Positions 1 to 9,000 of a stretch of DNA of 64,000 nt are shown here, one piece after another. The position numbers were made by a program, and so were the translations under genes. The stretch is from Candidatus Komeilibacteria bacterium (lineage in GTDB: Bacteria > Patescibacteriota > Patescibacteriia > UBA1558). Under the pieces are notes generated by a model, which was not told the DNA's origin, ran no database searches, and saw only the letters and a list, made by a program, of their open reading frames with translations. Numbering within the stretch: position 1 is the first letter of the stretch; the number at the start of each line of letters is the position of its first letter. Where the stretch lies: NCBI GenBank assembly GCA_048538235.1, contig JBLYPX010000001.1:594136-658135 (forward strand), read 5' to 3'.

Positions 1-984
1 ATTACCACCATCACCAGGTTTGGTAGCTTGTCCATTTTGTCCGACCGCACCAGCTCCACCGCCACCACCATGATTATATGGAGAGGCATTAGTATTACTT
101 CCACCGCCAGCATATCCTTGACCTGCTGTACCAGCGATTTGCGCTGTAGTAATATTACCACCACCACTTCCTCCTACAGTACCTAATTGACCACTATTCC
201 AAGATCCGCCTCCACCACCACCTATGGCAATTAATGAACCAAACACAGAATTGCCACCAACTTCACCAGATGCTGTAAAATCTGGATAAACATTTATTGT
301 TCCAGCGCCCCCATCGCCAACAGTAACTATGTGTGTTCCACTAACTATAGATGAGGATGCTGAATGGAGAACACCTCCGCCACCTCCGCCACCTGCATGA
401 CGAGCTCCGCCTCCACCACCACCCGCAACTACTAAAACTTCAGCGGTAATATTTTCACCCGTACTAAAAGTTCCATCACCTGTAAAAGTATGAATACGAT
501 ATCCACTAACTGTAGATAATGTTCCACCAGCCTGTTTAACTGAAGCTGCATTACTATATGCGGATGCAGTGGGATTGCCATAATACATATATACAGTAGT
601 TCCAGAAGAAGGTACATAATCTATAACACCCCACAAATCTATACTAGTAGTTGTTGAATCTTCAATCCAATATCTAAGAACATTACCATTAATATCTGTA
701 AATCTTAAATCATCTAGATCTGATTGTAATTTACCGGCAGTTATTAAAGCACTTAAATCTACACCTGATAATATTTTTACTTGTACGTCTGTTTGAGCAG
801 AACCTGAATTAGATATTGCAATGGTCTGTCTATATGCCCAACCATCGTTATACCACTCAGCTTTTACTTTTTCTGGTTTATTAAAAATATATATAATGCC
901 TACAACTATAATAACAGCCACACTAAAGATTGTAGCGCCATATTTCCAATCTATATTTTTAATCTTTTTTATAATCCTTACCAT
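1..984 (-). CDS. N-terminal 328 codons of a DUF2341-family secreted giant surface protein (gene continues beyond the left edge): signal peptide + DUF2341-like domain + glycine-rich region
   Basis: Hand translation of the reverse complement of 1-984. The ATG at 984-982 lies 2 nt after the TAG (989-987) of the upstream ORF. Reads MVRIIKKIKNIDWKYGATIFSVAVIIVVGIIYIFNKPEKVKAEWYNDGWAYRQTIAISNSGSAQTDVQVKILSGVDLSALITAGKLQSDLDDLRFTDINGNVLRYWIEDS...TTVYMYYGNP...GYRIHTFTGDGTFSTGENITAEVLVVAGGGGGGARHAGGGGGGG...GGGGGGSWNSGQLGTVGGSGGGN. No stop occurs before position 1. The N-terminus is paralogous to the ORFs at 987-5912, 6049-11970, 11973-17723 and 17726-23890. It is absent from the supplied ORF track because it has no in-window stop. 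Confidence 0.7.
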   Translation of the reverse strand, partial: MVRIIKKIKNIDWKYGATIFSVAVIIVVGIIYIFNKPEKVKAEWYNDGWAYRQTIAISNSGSAQTDVQVKILSGVDLSALITAGKLQSDLDDLRFTDINGNVLRYWIEDSTTTSIDLWGVIDYVPSSGTTVYMYYGNPTASAYSNAASVKQAGGTLSTVSGYRIHTFTGDGTFSTGENITAEVLVVAGGGGGGARHAGGGGGGGVLHSASSSIVSGTHIVTVGDGGAGTINVYPDFTASGEVGGNSVFGSLIAIGGGGGGSWNSGQLGTVGGSGGGNITTAQIAGTAGQGYAGGGSNTNASPYNHGGGGGAGAVGQNGQATKPGDGGN

Positions 985-986
985 AA

Positions 987-3900
987 CTACTTAATATATA
1001 TTGATCCGTTGTTCATTGCTTCTTTAATTTGTTCAACTGTTAAAGCATAGTTATATATACGAATATCATCTAACTCTCCATTATAGTACCTACTACCAGC
1101 ATTCCCACCTATAACTAAATGGTCTAGACTTAAATTACTACTCCAAGAACTTGAATTAGTTTCATACCCATCCTGAAATATTGTATAAGTAGTTCCTGAC
1201 CTACTAACAGCTACGTGATGCCACCCAGTATCAACCCAATCAGACCCATAGAGTGTCTTATAATTTGGTGATGTGTCCCAATGATGATACCACAATGGTT
1301 TGCCAGCGTGCGTTGGGTATAGCGTATAAGCGGATTGACTATTGTTATCAGACATCATAGGTTCAAAAGTGTGAGATAAATTATCAATATATGCCCAACC
1401 CGTAAAAGTAAAATCTTGTGTATATGCTATCGAGACTCCAACTACGTCAACATAACCATCCGTACCATCAAAATCTAACCCACCCCCATACTTACCACTA
1501 ATCCAGTCTGTGCTTGGATTCATAAGGGTTAAGGTTCCAGATTTGCCATTACCAGAAATATCTATAGCCGTAACACCTTCATTATCATCTAACGGCCACC
1601 AACCAATTGGTTTGCCACCATTATAGTCATAAGCAATTTGAGCTGCTGATCGCACGTAATTAAATATTTTTACCTCGTCAATGGAGCCATCAAATAAATC
1701 ATTGATATTATATCCTGCACCAATTCTATCAATGCCAGAATTTGTGGTATAACCTATCGTGCCTGTAGCATCTTGCATACCATCAACATAGACAACAATA
1801 GCTCCAGTGCTTTGATTATGGGTAGCAACTATTTGATGCCACAACCCATCATTAATAGTTGTTGCGCCAGTAACACTCTGCCAACTACCAGAATAATGAT
1901 TATATCTTGCCTTTCCACCATGCACACCAAATCCTAGAAAAACACCGCCCGTACTGTCCCCAACAATATTCAAAGCAGCATCGCCCGCATAAGATGCCGT
2001 ACTATCAGTATTAGTAGTTTTCATCCAAGATTCTATTGTTACACCCGTGGGAACTGTAAAACGTGTCATTGTCACATAATCTCCGCTACGATCAAAATCT
2101 AGAGCCCAGCCCGGGTGACCTAAACCATAAACTGCACCAACTATTGTCCCTGTATGGTTGTTACTAGAAACATCTTGAAGACTACTACCACTACCTTCCT
2201 CAAAATTCCAATAAGCTATAGGTGCGGTACCACCAAAACCACCTGCATCCCAAGTTTCAGATGATTCTTTTTGTTTGCCTAAGGAAACTTGTCCACCCAT
2301 ATTATATTCTTGACGTACCTGTTCAGGCGATAAAGTGTAATTAAAAATCTTAAATTCATCTAAATACCCTTTCATGTCTCTACCTTCGTACCCTCCAACC
2401 TCTGAGAATGTTTCACTGGTCCCACCAGACACACTTGTATCAACCCAACTTAATTCCCCATTAATGAAATGCCTAACCACAACACCATCCCAAGTTGTAA
2501 CAACATGAGTCCACTCATTATAAGGAATTGTACCGGTATTATTGCACCTCCAATAATCATTATCAAAGCTGTAAGAGAAAAAACACACCTGAGTAGACAC
2601 TATTTCCCAATAATTTCTCAACATGGAGTGCCTACTATCTCCGCCACTCAAATTATATACCCAAGTTGCTAAAGAAAAATTCTCCATAGGCGAAACATCT
2701 ACAATATTCACCGAATCGTCATTTGTGCCATCAAAATATATAGAGCCCCCCAGCCTTGCTAAGTCCTTCCACTCCACACCGATTACACTAACAGCACTGC
2801 CAACCCCATAATCATACGTTGTGCCACCACTTTTTTCATCAAATTTTAAATGTCTGATTGGATGATTATTTTCATCACCATACATATCCCATAAAATTTG
2901 TTCTTGAGTGCGAGCATAATTATAAATCTTAAAATCATCTAAATTAGCAACTAAATAATTACCAGAACTCCTATAACCAATATTCCTTGGTGTAGAACCA
3001 TCTTGTAAAACAGCAACTCCTGTAGTAGCTATTGGTCCAAAATTCTTAATACCATCTAAATATCCACTAATATATGTCCCGTCCCATACAAAAGAAACGT
3101 GGTGCCAATTTAAATCTGTAAAAGATCCTTGAGAAAAATGAGAACCAGTAGTATTACCTCCTGAACCATCGAACCAAGCGCCATCACTTAAGTCTATTCC
3201 TAATTCACCCGTATAATGGGCTATCCAAGTTGATGCTTCTTGTATATATACCTGCTCATAAACAGAAGTTGGGTCGTGATTCCACTTAACCCAAAAAGTC
3301 CAGGTGCCTTGTCTTGCACCATTCATATTATTACTAGCTAAAGTTATATAATCATTACCATCAAAATTTAAAGATGAACCATATTTACCAAGCTCCCAAG
3401 TTGGATCACCAGCAAAGGAAGTACTATTGTGTCCATTACCAGAATGATCAAATAGTGTTGTTCCTGTATTTTCTTCAAATGTCCAATTTACAATTGGTGG
3501 TGGTCCAGTTTTATAATCCCTCATAATCTGTTCTCCTGTACGTGCTACATTATAAATTTTTACATCGTCAATTTTCCCAGGGAAATAACTACCCAAAGCA
3601 CAAGATGCTCCTGCCTCTGAACCGATACAAAGAGGTACAGTACTTGTTTTTATTGTCCCGGCCTTTGTATAAACATCCTTTAAATCACCATCAACATATA
3701 ATTTTATATCATTACCATCATAAGTACCAACTGCATGGTACCATTGATTATTATTCAAATTACTAACAGGCCATACTGCTGGACGATATGTATCACCATC
3801 AACATAAATTAAAAAACATAAATAATCAGAGCCACATGCACTATTTTCATTTAAACTAAGCTGATAACCACTACTCTCTGTTTTAGATATAATTCGACTA

Positions 3901-5912
3901 GTTGCGGACTTATTGGTTGTATTAAACCACGCCTCAACAGTAATCGCATCCGTTGGCTTAATAATAGAGTTATCTGCAATTGTAATATAGTCACTAACGG
4001 TTCCATTAAAGCTTCTTCCATTACCATATTTACCCACTACAACTGTTGTGCCGGTTACAGTACCAGTGTTTCCATTTCCGGAAGAATCCAAAACGCTTCC
4101 CGAAGCTTCATCCATATTCCAATAGCCAACTAAACCAACACTGTTATTCTGTTGCTGACCACCCCCAAATGATGCTCCTACGCTAGATGGTGAACCTGAT
4201 TGACTAGCCGCATAATCAGCCTTTACCTGCGTAGCTGTTCTTTCATAATCATAAATTTTAACCTCATCCATAAAACCATTAAACCAGACTCCGTATCCTG
4301 GCTGATATTGTTGAGTTCCAATATAACGAAGTACAAAATCAGCTGTATCGCTATTCGCAGAAGCTTGCGAAGCAAAACTACCATCTACATACAATTTTGA
4401 TAAAGATGCTCCAAATGTCAATTCGTAATGATGCCACTGACCATCATCGATATCAATACCTGTTGGAAAAACATATGACCATATATTATTAGTATATGAT
4501 TCTACTCTAATTCCATCAGTTGCAGTAACTTCAATTTGTCCATTTGATGCATTACGCACCCTACTAAACAATCCTTGTTTTTGTGCTTCAAACCTTCTCA
4601 TCCACCAACCTATACTCCAATCTTGCGAATCAACAACAACATTAGAAGCTAATGCAACGTCATCATTTACTCCATCAAAATGTAAGCACTTTCCTGAAAT
4701 ACACATATCTTCTGTTTGCCAAGCAACACCATTTACTAAAGACCCATCATTACTCGTTGAAACACTGCTGCTAGTGGAGACACCATAACCTTCATCAAAT
4801 TTCCAATAAGCTATTGGAGATGGGCCCTTTTCCTCAGAAGTCGGAGAGCTAGCAGAAGGTTCAGTGGCAGCATATTTTCTTACTAAGAAAAACTCCCAAT
4901 AAGCTCCTGTGGCAGTCTCTTTATTATCCACAGAAACACCCACCTTACCACTTGAGAAACTAGAATCAGTTGCAACTGATGTTGCAGCATTAGCGTTTAG
5001 AGTTTGAGAAGTTCCATTTAAAGTCCACTTCAAATCATACCAAGTACTAGTACTACACGCTAAAGTATCTTTATCTAAATTTGTCCAAGTACCTGACACC
5101 CTTTTACCAATATGAGTTTCACCACCTGGACTCCACGCTTCAAGTCCTGCTATGTATAAGTTATTATCATCTGTATATCTAGCGACCAAACTTTTACCAA
5201 AAGATGAGCCACAACTAGTTGGCTTCATCTTTGATTCAATCACACCATTATCAAAAGATGAACTACTATCTATAGTGTAAGTTGGCCAATTGTTTGTTGG
5301 CTCCAAAGTGTTGGAATGATATAGCTGTCCTCCTGTTACGGTAAACCCCGTTCCTGTACCAGTCCATGTAACATCTGTTAGACCGGCATCTTCAAAATCG
5401 TCAAAATAAATAAAAACATTACTACCTTCTTCTGCGTTAACAGCAGAAGGATTGTCATAATATAAATAAAGCGTTGTGGCTGTAGTTGGAATGGAGGATA
5501 ATTTTACCCATATTTCTGTAGATGAAGTATTACAAGTTGCATCTTCAACCCAATAAGGTAAAACATTACCATTTATATCTGTTAACCTTATATCGTCACA
5601 ATCTGATTGTAACTTACCAGCTGTTACCAATGCTGCAGTATCGGCTGTAATCACAACTTGAAAATCTGTTTGTGCAGATCCGCCATTTGTTATAGTAATT
5701 GTTTGTCTATACCTCCAACCATCATTCCACCATTCAGCTTCAACAGCAGCAGGTTTATTAAAAATATATATAATTCCTACTACAATAATAATAGCTATAC
5801 CAAAAATAGTAGCACCATACTGCCATCGTATTTTTTTTAACCTTTGTATTAAAGAGAAGGAACTAATATGTTCTTTATAATTATTTATTATTTTTAATAC
5901 AGTTTTAAGCAT
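987..5912 (-). CDS. secreted multi-domain surface protein: N-terminal hydrophobic signal/anchor, DUF2341-like domain, then ~7 LamG_3 (concanavalin A-like lectin) repeats
   Basis: 1641-aa ORF. Residues ~35-55 are a hydrophobic segment (GIAIIIVVGIIYIFNKPAAVEA). WWNDGWRYRQTITITN...TTLYLYYDN matches the DUF2341 consensus (W-YR--I...iYvYYGN). Repeated units begin P[IV][AV]YWKFDEG.G and end [IL]DEVKIYNYA[RL]T..[EQ]I, which are the hallmark start and end of LamG_3. C-terminus: ELDDIRIYNYALTVEQIKEAM. The N-terminal 19 aa before the paralog-conserved region may not be real (true start could be downstream or non-ATG). Confidence 0.9.
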   Translation of the reverse strand: MLKTVLKIINNYKEHISSFSLIQRLKKIRWQYGATIFGIAIIIVVGIIYIFNKPAAVEAEWWNDGWRYRQTITITNGGSAQTDFQVVITADTAALVTAGKLQSDCDDIRLTDINGNVLPYWVEDATCNTSSTEIWVKLSSIPTTATTLYLYYDNPSAVNAEEGSNVFIYFDDFEDAGLTDVTWTGTGTGFTVTGGQLYHSNTLEPTNNWPTYTIDSSSSFDNGVIESKMKPTSCGSSFGKSLVARYTDDNNLYIAGLEAWSPGGETHIGKRVSGTWTNLDKDTLACSTSTWYDLKWTLNGTSQTLNANAATSVATDSSFSSGKVGVSVDNKETATGAYWEFFLVRKYAATEPSASSPTSEEKGPSPIAYWKFDEGYGVSTSSSVSTSNDGSLVNGVAWQTEDMCISGKCLHFDGVNDDVALASNVVVDSQDWSIGWWMRRFEAQKQGLFSRVRNASNGQIEVTATDGIRVESYTNNIWSYVFPTGIDIDDGQWHHYELTFGASLSKLYVDGSFASQASANSDTADFVLRYIGTQQYQPGYGVWFNGFMDEVKIYDYERTATQVKADYAASQSGSPSSVGASFGGGQQQNNSVGLVGYWNMDEASGSVLDSSGNGNTGTVTGTTVVVGKYGNGRSFNGTVSDYITIADNSIIKPTDAITVEAWFNTTNKSATSRIISKTESSGYQLSLNENSACGSDYLCFLIYVDGDTYRPAVWPVSNLNNNQWYHAVGTYDGNDIKLYVDGDLKDVYTKAGTIKTSTVPLCIGSEAGASCALGSYFPGKIDDVKIYNVARTGEQIMRDYKTGPPPIVNWTFEENTGTTLFDHSGNGHNSTSFAGDPTWELGKYGSSLNFDGNDYITLASNNMNGARQGTWTFWVKWNHDPTSVYEQVYIQEASTWIAHYTGELGIDLSDGAWFDGSGGNTTGSHFSQGSFTDLNWHHVSFVWDGTYISGYLDGIKNFGPIATTGVAVLQDGSTPRNIGYRSSGNYLVANLDDFKIYNYARTQEQILWDMYGDENNHPIRHLKFDEKSGGTTYDYGVGSAVSVIGVEWKDLARLGGSIYFDGTNDDSVNIVDVSPMENFSLATWVYNLSGGDSRHSMLRNYWEIVSTQVCFFSYSFDNDYWRCNNTGTIPYNEWTHVVTTWDGVVVRHFINGELSWVDTSVSGGTSETFSEVGGYEGRDMKGYLDEFKIFNYTLSPEQVRQEYNMGGQVSLGKQKESSETWDAGGFGGTAPIAYWNFEEGSGSSLQDVSSNNHTGTIVGAVYGLGHPGWALDFDRSGDYVTMTRFTVPTGVTIESWMKTTNTDSTASYAGDAALNIVGDSTGGVFLGFGVHGGKARYNHYSGSWQSVTGATTINDGLWHQIVATHNQSTGAIVVYVDGMQDATGTIGYTTNSGIDRIGAGYNINDLFDGSIDEVKIFNYVRSAAQIAYDYNGGKPIGWWPLDDNEGVTAIDISGNGKSGTLTLMNPSTDWISGKYGGGLDFDGTDGYVDVVGVSIAYTQDFTFTGWAYIDNLSHTFEPMMSDNNSQSAYTLYPTHAGKPLWYHHWDTSPNYKTLYGSDWVDTGWHHVAVSRSGTTYTIFQDGYETNSSSWSSNLSLDHLVIGGNAGSRYYNGELDDIRIYNYALTVEQIKEAMNNGSIYIK

Positions 5913-5990
5913 TTATACTATAAAAAAAGCCACGTTAAAAAAAGCTTTAACATGGCCCTCAAATTTTACTTTTACGGTCTATATTATAAC
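5913..5990 (-). promoter_or_regulatory. conserved upstream cassette: putative -10 box (TATAAT on minus strand = plus 5983-5988) followed by a leader hairpin (arms 5929-5939 / 5946-5956, 11 bp with one G-U) and a U7 tract (plus A-run 5922-5928) ending 9 nt before the ATG at 5912
   Basis: Read directly from the sequence. About 87% identical to 23891-23975, which sits upstream of the paralogous gene at 17726-23890. Stem pairing is preserved there through a G-U wobble. Confidence 0.4.
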
Positions 5991-6022
5991 AGAAAAATAT
6001 CGTTTTGTGTATAAAACGATAT
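5991..6022 (-). terminator. Rho-independent terminator candidate for the three-gene array 23890-6049
   Basis: 10-bp perfect stem atatcgtttt / aaaacgatat (plus 5997-6006 and 6013-6022) with loop gtgtat. On the minus strand it is followed by TTTTCT. It lies 27 nt downstream of the TAG (6051-6049) of ORF 6049-11970. Confidence 0.5.
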
Positions 6023-6048
6023 TCTTTAAAATTATTTTAAATATAATG

Positions 6049-9000
6049 CTATTTAAAGTGTATTAATCCTTGATTATACACCTCTTTTATTTGTTTATCT
6101 GACAAAACATAATTATATACACGTATATCGTCTAATAGGCCATGCCAAAACCTTTGATCGCCAAGCAAATAACTAGATATAACTAAACTATCACCATTTG
6201 AAACGGTACCTAAAGAACTTATATCTGCTTGGCCTTGATACGCGCCATCAATGTATAATTTCATGTAACCATCTCTATCAAATGTTGCTGAAGCATGATG
6301 CCATTGGTTGTCATCGTAATCATTGATAGAATAAACATAAACCATAGTTGTGCCGTCATCAATGGTGGCCTCAATCCTATCACTACTATCAAGTCCCATA
6401 CCCCACCCCCTTTTTGAGGTTCCGTCCCACCACCAATGCGTACCCTTATTTATTATAGTATCTCTGTCATCGCCACCTGTTGATTTAAACCATGCAGCTA
6501 AACTAAAATCCTTATCTGTATCGAAATCATATAAAGATTGATCGCCTATATTTATCCAGTCATTTCCATCAAAAGAAGCGCATCCACTCTGTTTACACAA
6601 AGAAGTATCTGTAACCCACGTAATATCTCCTGACTCTGTTCCGTTATATCCCTCACCAGAACTATCACAAACATCTTTACCATCTGAACATAAATTATCT
6701 GCACCCTCATCAAAACGCCACCAACCAATAGGTTTACCACCATTATAATCCATCATTACTTCAGCTTGTGTAATTGGTCTATTATACATTTTTATACTAT
6801 CCAATTTACCCTTCCATTCATCCCAAGCCCCATCATCTCTTAATCCTATCCTTAAAAATCCTGCACTTGTTCCAGATGGTGAAGCATAACTCTGTTGATT
6901 AACTAATCTACCATTTTTGTAAAAATATGAGGTGCCGCCGTCTAAAACCCAAGCAATATGTTGCCAATCATCATAAGTGGCGGTAGTGCCAAAGTCAATA
7001 ATAGGATTCCATACTGTACCGTTACCAGTATATCCTCTAAAACCATCTGGATTGCCTCCATTATTCTTAAATACTCCTATTTCCCATGTTACATCTTGGC
7101 CAATTATAAACGGCAGTGCGCCTGATACACTAGAGTCTAAGTATACCCAACCAGAAAAACTCACATCTCCTCCACTAGTTCCATTAGAATAAGGGTCTAA
7201 GCTGCTTGGTAAATTTACATAATCATTGCTACCATCAAAATTTAGACATCTCCCCTCATGACAAGCTTCAGCACCCTTCCATTCAGGACTACCGCTTGGC
7301 GTACCATTATACCCATTACCACTCCTATCTAAATAAACACCTCCACTATACTGATCGAAGTCCATGTCTAATACAGGAGCTGTTGAAATACTTGACCCCG
7401 TATCACGAACCCATATATTTAAAATACTCTCTCTTGTCCCACAACCCTGTCCTGTTGGAGCTCGATTGTATCCAGGTTGTAAATTATGCAATTCATTAGT
7501 TGTACCTGTTCCAAAAACTATCAAATTACCATAACCCCAATAATGTAATGCAAGTCCATTTGTGATTCCACCGCCACAAGACGTGCCAGTATAGTATGCT
7601 AATTTATTATTAGTACTTGAAGGCCACGGATCATACTTATAACCAACCGTTCCAGTTACATATAAGTCTTCATCAGTAATTCCCAAATCATTGTACTTAT
7701 GAAAATATGTATCTGACGCCCACTTAAATCTATCACTAATAAGTGCAGACAAGCCTCCAGCAGATGATCCGGTATCGTATTCATAACCATCTCCGTATAA
7801 AGGATATTTCCATTCCCACTTAGATTCTGTCCAAGAAGTTATTAAATTGTTTTGGATATTAAAAGAACCATCATAATCTGGGCCACTTACTGTACCCCAC
7901 CCAACGCCATTTGAATTATCTAAAATATCATTACGATTATCCTTATCATAAATATGTGAAACAAGGGTCCAACCACCTCCATCGGTTGTCATGTCGCAAT
8001 ACACCTCAAAGGCATCATCAATTGATCCGCCTGTTGTATCTATCCAATACACACCGTCACCTGCTTGTGAATTCTTGGCTAAAATATCTGCGCAAGATGC
8101 ACCGGGCGTTGTTTTTTCGCCAGCACTATTTGTTCTACCAAACTGACCTTTAGATTGAATAAAGTCCTGGTGAACCTCATCTGCTGTTAAAGCATAATAA
8201 TACGCCTTAACTTCATCTATTTTTCCATTAAAAAACTCTGTCCACGCAGGAGATGAACTATACCTACCACCTACTGTAAACTTACCAGAAAAATTTGAAT
8301 ATGATGTTAAAACACTTGAAGAAGCGGCTTCACTTTTTGCAAGAATACCATCTTTATATAAATACCAAGTACCGTTATCAAAAACCCAACCCAGATGATA
8401 CCATCTATCTTTCTCTAAAACAGTCGTATCTGAAAAATCATACCAAGTTGCTCCATCAGAATAATATACTAATGGATAATCATTTAATGTTTGTGTATTA
8501 AAAGCTTCTGAAACCGCTACTATCTTATGGCTACCAGATTGATCTGCTTCTCTTTTTACCCAGTAGGTCATAGACATTTCTGGAGCGCCACTTATTGCTC
8601 CAAAATCATAATAAACAGCGTCAGATGTTCCATTAAAATCCAAACAAAAGCTATTTACACACTCTGCCATTGGTTTCCAGGTTGGCGTACTTAGAGTACC
8701 ATTATATGCTGGATATGATTTATCATATGTTGTTGTACCGCCACCCTCATCAAAAGACCAGTTAATAAATGGATTTGTCTTACCATTACTCATTTCCATA
8801 GATATTTCACGTTGTGTTAAAGCGCGATCAAATATTTTAGGTTCGTCAATATAGCCATATATAGTATATTGAGCCGTACCGGTCACGCCCCCCACTTGAA
8901 CAGTTATGCCATCATCCCAAGTCCAATTAGTCAAAGTGCCACCACCATCATATATTCCATTCAAATAAAAGGAAATGCTATCACCATTTGTAACCATAGA

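Noticed and set aside
432-617. 61-aa minus-strand ORF in the track
   Set aside because: It lies in a different frame inside the hand-verified 1-984 coding region. It is an out-of-frame artefact.
5910-5912. ATG at 5912 as the certain start of ORF 987-5912
   Set aside because: Kept as annotated, but flagged. The paralogues begin about 16 aa later relative to the conserved WxYG/TM region, so the first 19 aa (MLKTVLKIINNYKEHISSF) may be untranslated leader. This does not affect the gene call.
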